NCBI GenBank assembly: GCA_963715865.1
Contig: OY970280.1
Location: forward strand, 1,024,001 to 1,088,000
DNA: 64,000 nt
Reading direction: 5' to 3'
Origin: Candidatus Bathyarchaeota archaeon
Lineage (GTDB): Archaea > Thermoproteota > Bathyarchaeia > Bathyarchaeales > Bathycorpusculaceae
Both the position numbers and the translations under genes were made by a program. Under the pieces are notes generated by a model. That model was not told where the DNA came from and searched no databases. It was given only the letters and a program-made list of their open reading frames with translations. Below, piece by piece: positions 17,891 to 27,598 of this stretch. Every line of letters starts with the position of its first letter. Within the stretch, counting starts at the first letter, position 1.

Positions 17891-18057
17891 TGCTTTAAGT
17901 TTGTAGTTTCCTTCAGCGAGAGCCTTGCATTTTGCTTAATCCAAATATGCTCGTTGCAAGGGCGATTTAAGAATTGCGGGAGAAAATAAACCAATCATTT
18001 TTGAAATCAAGCGTTCCTCATGGTCACTGTAAGTAAAAAGTTTAAGCGAAGGGTTGC

Positions 18058-18123
18058 TTAGTCAAGAAACTTCGACTAAAAAGTAGCTGGTTAGTCAAGA
18101 AATCTTGACAAAAAGGCTTATAT
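18058..18123. promoter_or_regulatory. Two tandem palindromic operator-like sites next to a BRE/TATA
   Basis: TTAGTCAAGAAACTTCGACTAA (18058-18079) and GTCAAGA-AA-TCTTGAC (18094-18109), then AAAAAGGCTTATAT. Confidence 0.55.
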
Positions 18124-18157
18124 CAAAAAATAGCCTTAGCGAAATAAGAGTGGAACT

Positions 18158-19267
18158 ATGAGCAAAAGTCTCTGCTTGGTGCTTGTTCTCGTCTTCCTTA
18201 TGGGGTCCTGCTTATTCATTGCTAAGCCTTCTTTTGGCGCCAGTGTGACTGAGAATTCTTGGGTTTCGAAGGCACTGATGCCAACGGCAAGAGGATATTT
18301 AGGAGTAGCTGAAGTTAACGGGAAGATATATGCTATCGGAGGAAGTGGACCCATTGGGGCAAACGAAGAATACGATCCTGAAACAGATACTTGGACTACA
18401 AAAGCACCTATGCCCATACCTGAACAAAGTTTTGCTATAGCTGCCTACCAAAATAAGATTTACTGTATAGGCGGAATACCCACAGGCAGCACCGGAGTGA
18501 GCCAAGTCTATGATCCAGCAACTGATTCTTGGGAAACCAAAGCACCCATGCCCACAGGCAGGTACGGCTTGCAAGCTAACGTTGTAGACGGCAAAATCTA
18601 CTTAATAGGAGGAGTGAATCCGAATCTTGGTTACAATAAAGGTGTCGAGCCATTAAACGTAACCGAAGTTTACGACCCATCAAGTAACACATGGTCCACA
18701 AAAGCGCCGATGCCGAACACAAATGGCTATGTTTCAGCAGTAATAAATAATAAAATATACATTATCGGATCAGGGCTCAATCAAATTTACAACCCTAAAA
18801 CAAATACGTGGAGTGAAGGCGCGCCCACACCTGTAAACATCAGCGCTGGTGGGGCAAATGGTGTTGCAGCTGCGGCAGCTGCGACAACTGGAGTTATGGC
18901 GCCCAAGCGGATTTACGTGTACGACGGGTTTTATCTTCAAGTTTACAATCCCCAGAATAACAGTTGGACACTTGGCGCTGATCCACCTGTCAACCGCCAA
19001 TACCTAGCTATTGCCGTTGTAAATGACATGCTGTACTTTATCGGTGGTTTTACTGACCATCTCGACAATATCCCTGGCTATTTTGGTGATTATTCGACGA
19101 ACGAACAGTATACGCCTTTCGGATATGGAACTATTCCGCCAGAATCCCAGCAAGAGCCTTTCCCAACTGCATTTGCCGCAGCTTCAGGAGCAGCCATCAT
19201 CTTGGTTGGCGCAGGTACAATACTCTACCTTAAAAAGTACCGTCATAAAGCAGTTTCGAGCGAGTGA
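18158..19267 (+). CDS. Secreted Kelch-repeat beta-propeller protein with C-terminal TM anchor
   Basis: Repeated GKIYAIGG...YDP.TDTW.TKAPMP; signal peptide; EPFPT-TM-KK tail. Confidence 0.9.
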   Translation: MSKSLCLVLVLVFLMGSCLFIAKPSFGASVTENSWVSKALMPTARGYLGVAEVNGKIYAIGGSGPIGANEEYDPETDTWTTKAPMPIPEQSFAIAAYQNKIYCIGGIPTGSTGVSQVYDPATDSWETKAPMPTGRYGLQANVVDGKIYLIGGVNPNLGYNKGVEPLNVTEVYDPSSNTWSTKAPMPNTNGYVSAVINNKIYIIGSGLNQIYNPKTNTWSEGAPTPVNISAGGANGVAAAAAATTGVMAPKRIYVYDGFYLQVYNPQNNSWTLGADPPVNRQYLAIAVVNDMLYFIGGFTDHLDNIPGYFGDYSTNEQYTPFGYGTIPPESQQEPFPTAFAAASGAAIILVGAGTILYLKKYRHKAVSSE

Positions 19268-19785
19268 AGCTGTTCAAAAGTTATCGCTCTTAATTTAAAT
19301 ATGTTTGAGCCGATTGCATTAGCATAATGAAGTTGTCAGCGCTTTTCCGCGGAGACGCGGCGGCTGCAATACCTCTTTCTGTTTTTGTATTTTGGAGGGT
19401 TTACGAGCCTATCATCAAAGAAACGTAAAGGATTTTTAACGCTAAATTGCTGAGTTTAGAGAGAAACGGCATTTAACATTAATGTTTTATCGTTTGTTTT
19501 GGAAACCCATCCTTTGGTATGATATTTTCATATATGATTATTGCTCGAGAACGGTTCCATGCCTTTTGAAATGTTCCTTGTAAACATCAACTGTGTTCTG
19601 GGCACTTTCTCTTTCATCGTATAATTTGCCTGCCCGAACCTAAGCTTACCCACAAGTATTCGAACAAACTAAGACTCCTAGCTCTTTTTAAAGTAAAAAT
19701 CGTTTAATCAAGCATATCTAAAGTTAAAAGCTTAAAATCGATAGGCATTTAGGTTTGAAAATAAGTATTAAATGGAAATGGTTGA

Positions 19786-21075
19786 ATGCTGATGACTTTG
19801 GTAAAAATAGGCGAAGTATTAGAAGGACGCTATCCAGACCAGAAAGTAACTCTACGCGGCTGGGTTTACCGTAAACGTGAAGGAAAAGAGCTAATCTTTC
19901 TATTAATCCGCGATTCAACAGGAGTAATCCAGTGTACTGTTAAAAAAACTAGCCCTTGCTGGAACGAGGCACAGAAATTAACAATTGAATCTGCACTCTC
20001 GCTTGAAGGCGCCGCTAAACAAGACAAGCGCGCCCCTGGCGGATATGAAATCAGCGCAGAAAACATAACGATTATCGGTTTGGCAGAAACCTTCCCTATA
20101 TCGAAAGATAAAAGCGAAGAATTCATCCGCGACATGCGTCACCTTTGGCTCCGCAGCAGAAAAATGAACTTAATCATGAAGGTTCGAGCTGATGTGTTAG
20201 AAGCAGCACGCCAATACTTTAAAAGCCAAGAATTCACTGAGGTTTCACCTCCAATGTTTATTTCCGCCGCAGTTGAAGGTGGCTCAACACTTTTCGGCTT
20301 GAAATATTTTGATCAAGACCTTTACCTAACGCAGAGTTCTCAGCTTTACCTTGAAATTCTAATCTACTCTTTAGAAAATGTCTATTGCATCGCGCCGTCG
20401 TTTCGAGCTGAAAAAAGCAGAACAATCAGGCATTTGACTGAGTATTGGCACATCGAAGGCGAATGGCCCTTCGCTGACATGAATGGTTTGATGAAGTTTG
20501 AAGAAGGCTTAATGGCGCATGTTTGCCAAAGCATCGGCGATAAATGCCAAAAGGAATTTGCAGAGTTAGGCGCGGACATAAATAAGCTGAAAGCGGTGAA
20601 AACTCCGTTTCCACGCATAACTTACGCTGAAGCAATCAATAGGCTTAAAGTGAAAAATCCAGCGTTAACCTGGGGCACTGATTTAGGTTACGAGGACGAG
20701 AAGGTTTTAGCTGAAGATTTCGGCAAACCATTCTTCGTTTACGATTACCCAACGGCGATTAAGGCGTTTTACTGCAAAACGTACAGTGACCACCCTGAAG
20801 TCGCAATGTCAGTGGACATGATGGTACCAAGAATAGGCGAAATCAGCACAGGCGGCGCAAGAGAAGAAGACAAGGACGTACTTATTCAACGTATGAAAGA
20901 GCAGGGCTTAAAACCTGAAGATTACGAATGGTACCTTGACCTGCGACGTTACGGCACGGTGCCTCATGTTGGTTTTGGCATGGGACTAGAACGCCTTTTG
21001 ACGTGGATGCTTGACTTAGATAACATAATAGATGCCATTCCGTTCCCCAGAACCACCAGAAGGTTCTACCCCTAG
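19786..21075 (+). CDS. asnS: Asparaginyl-tRNA synthetase
   Basis: VTLRGWV, RHLWLRS, LTQSSQLYLE, FRAEKSRT.RHLTEYW, GFGMGLERL. Confidence 0.92.
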   Translation: MLMTLVKIGEVLEGRYPDQKVTLRGWVYRKREGKELIFLLIRDSTGVIQCTVKKTSPCWNEAQKLTIESALSLEGAAKQDKRAPGGYEISAENITIIGLAETFPISKDKSEEFIRDMRHLWLRSRKMNLIMKVRADVLEAARQYFKSQEFTEVSPPMFISAAVEGGSTLFGLKYFDQDLYLTQSSQLYLEILIYSLENVYCIAPSFRAEKSRTIRHLTEYWHIEGEWPFADMNGLMKFEEGLMAHVCQSIGDKCQKEFAELGADINKLKAVKTPFPRITYAEAINRLKVKNPALTWGTDLGYEDEKVLAEDFGKPFFVYDYPTAIKAFYCKTYSDHPEVAMSVDMMVPRIGEISTGGAREEDKDVLIQRMKEQGLKPEDYEWYLDLRRYGTVPHVGFGMGLERLLTWMLDLDNIIDAIPFPRTTRRFYP

Positions 21076-21113
21076 CAAGGAGAATTGAGAAAAGGGCAAT
21101 TTTCGCCCTTTAT

Positions 21114-21587
21114 TCAAAGTCCCTTCCAACTCATAAGGGGTGGCTCAACGTTCATTTGCCAAAGCAGCGCAATCAGCTCGCCCCTATGATGGATCTCCTC
21201 CTCAAAAACGTGAACTAAAACGTCTTCCGCTGTGACAGACACGGTTTTTTTGTCATCGTCTTTAGCGGTGTAGGTTTTCTGGAGCTCTTCTTGTGTCAAT
21301 GATTTGAGGTATTTTTTCATGCGATTTTCAACATGCTCCATGTAGACACGCACTTCCTCGTATGTTTTGTACGCGTCGAATTCTCTGCGTGAATACAGGT
21401 TTTGCTGCTGCAGAAAATCCAGCCAAAAATCGATAGATCCCATCGTGTGGAGAAAAATGTTTCTTATAGAGTGGAAGCTCGCTTCCCTGTTCTTTGTGAA
21501 CTCGCCCCAGGGCAGGTTGCTTAAGGCGTCGAAGTATCGATGTCTCACCTGCATGTTGTATTCCAAGAGCTCTTTGACACCAACCAT
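21114..21587 (-). CDS. DinB family protein
   Basis: SIRNIFLH and HVFEEEIHHRGEL motifs; start placed at MVGVKELLEYN. Confidence 0.85.
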   Translation of the reverse strand: MVGVKELLEYNMQVRHRYFDALSNLPWGEFTKNREASFHSIRNIFLHTMGSIDFWLDFLQQQNLYSRREFDAYKTYEEVRVYMEHVENRMKKYLKSLTQEELQKTYTAKDDDKKTVSVTAEDVLVHVFEEEIHHRGELIALLWQMNVEPPLMSWKGL

Positions 21588-21697
21588 TGAATGACACCGA
21601 AAACCGTTATCAGCATAGGTAAGTATTAACACTTGCCAATTCCGCTGATGCATCGTTTCGCAGGCTACAAGTTAAGAAAAAAGGCGATTTGCGCCTT

Positions 21698-22399
21698 CTA
21701 CGCGTGCCCCACAAAGTATTCCAGCTTCAACTGCGTCCCTGGCAGACCCAAAGCGGCGACCACTTTCTGCATTGCAGTCACCATTCTAGGGGGGCCACAG
21801 GCGTAGAAAATGCGGTCTTTGAAGTCTGGAACTTCCTGCTTTATCAGGTCTACGGTGACGAAGCCAACTTTGCCGGTCCAGCCCGGGCTGGGTTCGTTGA
21901 GGATGTAAATCACTTTTAGATGCGAGTTTTTCTTCTGCATGTCCTCCAACTCTTGCTTAAAGGCAATTTCTTGCTCGCTGCGGCAACCATAGAAAAGCGT
22001 AATTTTCGAGTCTAAGCGTTTGTCTGTGGCGTATTTGCATATGCTCATGAACGGGGTTATGCCTATGCCTCCAGCAAGCAGTGCGATTTTGGGGTATTCG
22101 CCTTCGAAAGTGAATTGTCCATATGGCGCGTCTATTCTTGCCCAGTCGCCTACTTTGGCGGCCTTTAGAGCCATCGAGTATTCGTGGTCTGTGAATTTTT
22201 TAGTGAATTCGAAGAAGTCTTTTTCCGTTGGGCTGCTGCTAAAACTAAAAGGTTTAGTTAACTCTTTGCCGCCTTGTTTTATGGTTATGAAAAAGTATTG
22301 TCCTGGCTTGTAAGTTAATTCTGGAGGTCGGGGAAACCCGTAGCTGGCTACGTCAACTGTTCTTGGGATTATTTCTTTGATTTTGGTTTCAAACTTCAT
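21698..22399 (-). CDS. Ferredoxin-NADP reductase-like FAD/NAD(P)-binding oxidoreductase
   Basis: YKPGQY, KPFSFSSSP, APYGQF, LLAGGIGITPF, YACGPP. Confidence 0.9.
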   Translation of the reverse strand: MKFETKIKEIIPRTVDVASYGFPRPPELTYKPGQYFFITIKQGGKELTKPFSFSSSPTEKDFFEFTKKFTDHEYSMALKAAKVGDWARIDAPYGQFTFEGEYPKIALLAGGIGITPFMSICKYATDKRLDSKITLFYGCRSEQEIAFKQELEDMQKKNSHLKVIYILNEPSPGWTGKVGFVTVDLIKQEVPDFKDRIFYACGPPRMVTAMQKVVAALGLPGTQLKLEYFVGHA

Positions 22400-22461
22400 G
22401 AAAAAGCCTCTCTTCGAAGCGATTTTAATAATTCTTTAATTGCTCCATTAAACTTTTGCGG

Positions 22462-23892
22462 CTACGTTACGCTGCTAGTGCCTTCTATGATGTCGCTTAT
22501 TCGGGTTAGATTGCTTGCAACAACATTCCTCCGGTAAGAACTCTGCAGTGTCTTTCCAACTTGCCTCAGCAGATACGATGGTCGGCGGACATGCTCCATG
22601 AACGCTTTGTGAATCATTTGTTTTATTTCTTCACAGGGCACGGCGGTTGGGCAAATCTTGGAAACACCCACTCCAGTCTCCCAATCTTCATCCGCGTTCA
22701 AGAAGCCCTTTGATTCCATCTCGTTCCAGATGTCGTTTCCTGGGTGTGCGCCTAAAATGTTGAATTGTGGGAGGTCAATGGGTAGGCGTTTGGCAAAGTT
22801 TATGGTGTTTTGGATTTCCTGCCTCGTCTCGTCCGGGGCGCCAACGATGAAGGAGCCTACAATCACGTCTACGCCTGCTTTACGGGCGGTTTTCACAGCG
22901 GTTTCTGTTTGCTGCGGCGTGATTGTTTTGTTAAAGTAATCAAGTATTCTTTGGTTAGCGTTTTCTATGCCGAAATACAGGATTTTGAGGCCCGCTTTCA
23001 CCATTGCTTTTAGCAGTTCACTTGAGCAGTTGTCTACTCTTCCTTCGCATATCCATTGGAAATCCATTTTTTCTTTTATCATGCCTTTGCAGAGTTCTAT
23101 TGTTCTTTTAGGGTTCAATGTGAAGTTGTCATCAACAAAAATTAACTGTTTGTAGCCTTCGCTTACGAGCAGTTCCAGTTCTTCAAGAGTGTTTTGGGCT
23201 GACCGAGCCCTCCAAACGTTATGGGCGAATTCTGTACAACTACAAAAGCGACACGAGTAAACGCAGCCTCGGCTGGAAACTATGCTTGTGAACTTTTTAG
23301 GCGCTACGTTTGCTCCCGCTATCATGCAGTGATAATCAACATTGATCAGTTTGCGGTCTGGAAAAGGCAAAGCATCCAAGTTTTTGATTAAAGGCTGGTC
23401 GGGTGTGGATACTATGTCGTGGTTGTTTCTGTAGTTAATGCCAAGTACGTTGCTTAAGGGTTCATTGCGTTTTAGGCAGTCCGCTAATTGCGTGATTGTT
23501 TTTTCGCCTTCTCCCCGTACAATAACATCCACTGATGGGTATCGTTTTAGGATTCGATGTGCGTTAAAGGTAGCGTAATGGTTACCTAGAACGGTTGTGA
23601 TATTTGGGTTTCTCTCTTTCACTTTACTGCTGATTAATGCCGCCGTTTTGCCTGAGGTAGAAAGCGCTGAGAAACCTAAAACATCAGGGTTCTCCTTCAT
23701 GACCCAATCCACGGTTTCATTCACCGTTAAGCCTTGACCTGGCTGGTCTAGTACTGAAACTTCAACGCCGTTTATTTTTAGAGCCGAAGCTAAATAGAGA
23801 AGGCTTAGGGGCGGAAATGCAGCGATTGATTTGTTTTTTTCCCGTTCGTCCAGCCCCTCGTTAGGACTAGCGCTGACTAAGCAAAACTTCAT
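22462..23892 (-). CDS. B12-binding-domain radical SAM protein
   Basis: PPLSLLYLAS, SSRGCVYSCRFC, FVDDNFT, FGIENAN. Confidence 0.92.
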   Translation of the reverse strand: MKFCLVSASPNEGLDEREKNKSIAAFPPLSLLYLASALKINGVEVSVLDQPGQGLTVNETVDWVMKENPDVLGFSALSTSGKTAALISSKVKERNPNITTVLGNHYATFNAHRILKRYPSVDVIVRGEGEKTITQLADCLKRNEPLSNVLGINYRNNHDIVSTPDQPLIKNLDALPFPDRKLINVDYHCMIAGANVAPKKFTSIVSSRGCVYSCRFCSCTEFAHNVWRARSAQNTLEELELLVSEGYKQLIFVDDNFTLNPKRTIELCKGMIKEKMDFQWICEGRVDNCSSELLKAMVKAGLKILYFGIENANQRILDYFNKTITPQQTETAVKTARKAGVDVIVGSFIVGAPDETRQEIQNTINFAKRLPIDLPQFNILGAHPGNDIWNEMESKGFLNADEDWETGVGVSKICPTAVPCEEIKQMIHKAFMEHVRRPSYLLRQVGKTLQSSYRRNVVASNLTRISDIIEGTSSVT

Positions 23893-24066
23893 GTTGACAC
23901 GCTTGTATACTTATTTTGGTGATAAGTAAGACAACTTAAAGTTTTAGGTAAATTCCTTTTTACAAAATTGTTAGCTTATCTGCTTGCAGTTTTCTTATAA
24001 GCCAGTTTAATCAATCTAAACAAGGTTGTGAGAAAAGAGTATAACTAAAGCACTTAAAGAGAAAGG

Positions 24067-26835
24067 GTGGAAATGGGGCAGACATCAAAGAATTGGCATT
24101 CTCAAAGCATAGATGAAACTCTAAGAAAACTTGATTCTAACGCTGATGGGTTAACCATAAAAGAAGCCCAAAAGCGTCTCAGCATTTATGGACCCAACGA
24201 GTTGAAGAAGGAGAAAAGAAAGTCGCCCCTGAAACTTTTGCTAGGACAGTTCACGAACGTACTCATGATCATCCTACTCATAGCCACAGGGCTTTCCCTG
24301 GCTGTTGGCGAAGCAACCGACGCCGCCATCATCCTAGCCATCGTCATAGCGAGCGCAGTTTTAGGTTTCACCCAAGAATACCGCAGCGAAAAAGCAGTTG
24401 AAGCCCTCAAAAAGATGACTGCACCCACCGCCAATGTTCTTCGCGAAGGAAAAAGTATGAAGGTTGCAACCAGCCAACTTGTTCCCGGCGATATCATCTT
24501 GCTTTACACTGGCGATAAGATTCCTGCAGACGCAAGGCTTCTGGAAGCCTTCACTCTGAAAGTGGATGAAGCATCATTAACTGGAGAGTCAACTCCCGTC
24601 AATAAATTCACCCCGGAGCTATCTGAGCAAACGCCACTAAATGACAGACGCAACATGGTTTTCACGGGAACAATCATCGTCTACGGAAGAGGCAAAGCCG
24701 TCGTCACCACCACAGGCATGAACACGGAATTTGGCAAAATCGCCGAAATGGTCCAAGCTGCACCCCAAGAGCGAACACCCTTGGAAAAGCGAATGGCAGT
24801 TGTGGGCAAGTGGATAGGCATCATAGCCATAATTGTTACTATCAGCGTAGGAATAGTCGGCATAGTTGTTGAACAGCGCCCTGTTGTCGATATGATTTTA
24901 TGGGCTGTCAGTCTCGCTGTTGCCGCGGTTCCTGAAGCGTTACCTGCCATCGTAACTGGCGCTCTGGCTATAGGCATGTATCGCATGGCTAAAGTCAACA
25001 CCATAGTTAAGCGGTTGCCCGCCGTGGAGACGCTTGGAAGCACCAGCGTCATATGCAGCGATAAAACTGGAACAATGACGAAGGGAGAGATGACAGTCCA
25101 ACGTATCTACGCCAACGACCGGGTCATAAAAGTAACGGGAATAGGGTATGCTCCAACGGGCGAATTCCTGTTTGAAGATAAAGCAGTCTCCCCTGACGAT
25201 CACCTGAAAACCCTGCTCAAAGTCGCGGCGCTATGCAATGACTCCAGCCTTGAAAAACACATGAAAACAGGAACTTGGACTGTTAAAGGCGACCCTACTG
25301 AGGGAGCGCTAATTGTTGCCGCAAAAAAAGCAGGCATTGACAAAGAAGAGCTTGAAAAGCAAGAGCCACGAATAGCTGAAATTCCATTCTCTTCTGAAAG
25401 AAAACGCATGACAACCATACATGCTACACAAGGCAGAAAAATCGCCTACATGAAAGGTGCCCCTGAAGTAGTCTTGGAGAGATGCAGCAAAATCTTCATA
25501 GACGGAAAAGTACAGCCGTTCAGCAGGGAAACCCTCGCTAAACACCTCAAAGTCACGGAAGCCATGGCACTCCAAGCCTTAAGGAACTTGGGCTTTGCCT
25601 ACAAAGAATTGCCTAACGAAGCTGGCAAATTAGACGAAGAGCTCGAACATGACTTTGTATTCGTCGGTATAATGGGCATGATTGATCCTCCTCGTCCCGA
25701 AGTCAAGGATGCCATAGGCATCTGCAAAAGCGCTGGAATCCGTGTCGTTATGATCACAGGCGACCACAAACTTACCGCAGTAGCCGTTGCTAAGGGGCTG
25801 AATTTGCTTGGTGAAAAAGAGGAAGAAGGCAAGGTGCTGACGGGTGCAGAACTTGAAGAGATGACGGATGATCAGTTAGCTGCTGTAGTAGAGAAAGTGG
25901 TTATTTACGCTAGGGTGTCACCTGAACATAAGATGCGAATTATCAAGGCTTGGAAGAAAAAAAATGAAGTTGTTGCCATGACAGGTGACGGCGTCAACGA
26001 TGCCCCAGCACTGAAAATGAGTGACATAGGTATAGCCATGGGCATTACGGGCACCGAAGTGACGAAGGAAGCCGCAGATATGGTTTTGGCAGATGATAAC
26101 TTTGCCAGCATCGTTAAAGCCGTAAAAGAAGGCAGAGAAATCTACGATAACATCAAAAAATACCTAACCTACCTGCTCCAGTGCAACATCATGGAGATTC
26201 TCGTTATATTCTTTGCTGTGATTAGCGTTCCGTACATAGCCCAAATGTTTACGCCTAATCCTGACATAGCCTTGGTAAGCAGCGCTGGAATCGCATTGAC
26301 TGCTGTACAACTCCTTTGGATAAACTTAGTTACCGATGGATTGCCAGCCATTGCTTTAGGCGTAGACCCGGGCGATCCAGATTTAATGCAACGGAAACCG
26401 CGTAAGCCCAACGAGAGCATGTTCAGCAAAGACGTGAAAATTTACCTTACCGTTATGCCGATTTTCATGACTGCTCTTTTGCTGCTGGCTTTCTTCTCTA
26501 ATGTTCCTTGGGAAAGCCCATTTAAACTGGCAGAGGCTCGGACGCAACTGTTTACTGCCATGATAATGATCGAGTTAGTCATTGCAATTTCTGCTCGGTC
26601 CTTAAAGTATACCGTCTTCAAAGTAGGACTATTCAAGAACAAGTTCCTCTGGCTTGCAGTGCTCTCATCGTTTGCCCTGCAACTGTTCGTGCTTTACACA
26701 CCAGGCGTACAAGCCCTCTTTGATGTGCATACGCCTGAACTAATTGATTGGGCAATTGCTGTTCTGTTTGCATTTGTGGTCTTTAGCGTCTTAGAAATTG
26801 GCAAGTATGTGGCTTCGCGACGGAGAAAGGCATGA
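24067..26835 (+). CDS. Cation-transporting P-type ATPase (type II, Ca2+-like)
   Basis: LTGES, AVPEALP, DKTGT, MITGD, GDGVND, QLLWINLVTDG. Confidence 0.95.
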   Translation: MEMGQTSKNWHSQSIDETLRKLDSNADGLTIKEAQKRLSIYGPNELKKEKRKSPLKLLLGQFTNVLMIILLIATGLSLAVGEATDAAIILAIVIASAVLGFTQEYRSEKAVEALKKMTAPTANVLREGKSMKVATSQLVPGDIILLYTGDKIPADARLLEAFTLKVDEASLTGESTPVNKFTPELSEQTPLNDRRNMVFTGTIIVYGRGKAVVTTTGMNTEFGKIAEMVQAAPQERTPLEKRMAVVGKWIGIIAIIVTISVGIVGIVVEQRPVVDMILWAVSLAVAAVPEALPAIVTGALAIGMYRMAKVNTIVKRLPAVETLGSTSVICSDKTGTMTKGEMTVQRIYANDRVIKVTGIGYAPTGEFLFEDKAVSPDDHLKTLLKVAALCNDSSLEKHMKTGTWTVKGDPTEGALIVAAKKAGIDKEELEKQEPRIAEIPFSSERKRMTTIHATQGRKIAYMKGAPEVVLERCSKIFIDGKVQPFSRETLAKHLKVTEAMALQALRNLGFAYKELPNEAGKLDEELEHDFVFVGIMGMIDPPRPEVKDAIGICKSAGIRVVMITGDHKLTAVAVAKGLNLLGEKEEEGKVLTGAELEEMTDDQLAAVVEKVVIYARVSPEHKMRIIKAWKKKNEVVAMTGDGVNDAPALKMSDIGIAMGITGTEVTKEAADMVLADDNFASIVKAVKEGREIYDNIKKYLTYLLQCNIMEILVIFFAVISVPYIAQMFTPNPDIALVSSAGIALTAVQLLWINLVTDGLPAIALGVDPGDPDLMQRKPRKPNESMFSKDVKIYLTVMPIFMTALLLLAFFSNVPWESPFKLAEARTQLFTAMIMIELVIAISARSLKYTVFKVGLFKNKFLWLAVLSSFALQLFVLYTPGVQALFDVHTPELIDWAIAVLFAFVVFSVLEIGKYVASRRRKA

Positions 26836-26903
26836 AGTCCCCCGAAAAGCTTTATAACAAAACGTGCAGAATTCAAGGGTCAATACAATAACTTGGGGAA
26901 ACA

Positions 26904-27512
26904 TTGAAAATGAGTGATGAACTAGTAACAAAATTGGCGAATCCTGCACCGCTGGGACTACTCGGCTTTGGCATGACCACAGTTCTGTTGAACTTGGTTA
27001 ACGCTGGCGTTTTTCCTCTGGACACGATGATTTTAGCTATGGGCATAGCGTACGGAGGACTAGCACAGATAATTGTTGGCATAATGGAGTATCGGAAAGG
27101 CAATACCTTTGGCACGGTAGCTTTCAGTTCTTACGGCTTCTTTTGGTGGTCCCTTGTCATTCTTCTTGTTCTGCCCAAAGTAACATTCTTGACTGGACTC
27201 AATGCACCAACAGAAACCGCTATGGCGGCGTATTTCCTGATGTGGGGAATCTTTACCTTCGCCATGTTCTTTGGTACATTGAAAGCTAATCGCGGGCTGC
27301 AGTTCGTGTTCATGAGTTTAGCTATACTATTCTTCATGTTAACGATAAGAGAGTTAACCAACAACCCAGTTCTGTTTGGGAACGTAACATTCAACACAAT
27401 CACTGGCATCGAAGGCGTCATCTGCGGCTTAAGTGCAGTATACCTTGCAATAGCTGAAGTCTTAAATGAAGCGCACCATAAGACTATCTTGCCGATTTGC
27501 CCGACAAGTTAA
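26904..27512 (+). CDS. satP: Acetate channel, SatP/GPR1/FUN34/YaaH family
   Basis: [30 protein letters not shown]. Confidence 0.92.
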   Translation: MKMSDELVTKLANPAPLGLLGFGMTTVLLNLVNAGVFPLDTMILAMGIAYGGLAQIIVGIMEYRKGNTFGTVAFSSYGFFWWSLVILLVLPKVTFLTGLNAPTETAMAAYFLMWGIFTFAMFFGTLKANRGLQFVFMSLAILFFMLTIRELTNNPVLFGNVTFNTITGIEGVICGLSAVYLAIAEVLNEAHHKTILPICPTS

Positions 27513-27598
27513 AAATAACTAAATTCTTTTTTTTATTTTCTAACTTATGACTGAAAAACTTATATTCTTTAGAACTTACCTTTCCCAGCAATTTAAGA

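Noticed and set aside
19538-19627. IS4-like transposase relic (minus strand KLYDERESAQNTVDVYK resembling Y-2-R-3-E-6-K)
   Set aside because: The catalytic E is absent, the frame is about 30 codons, and there are no terminal repeats; too weak to call.
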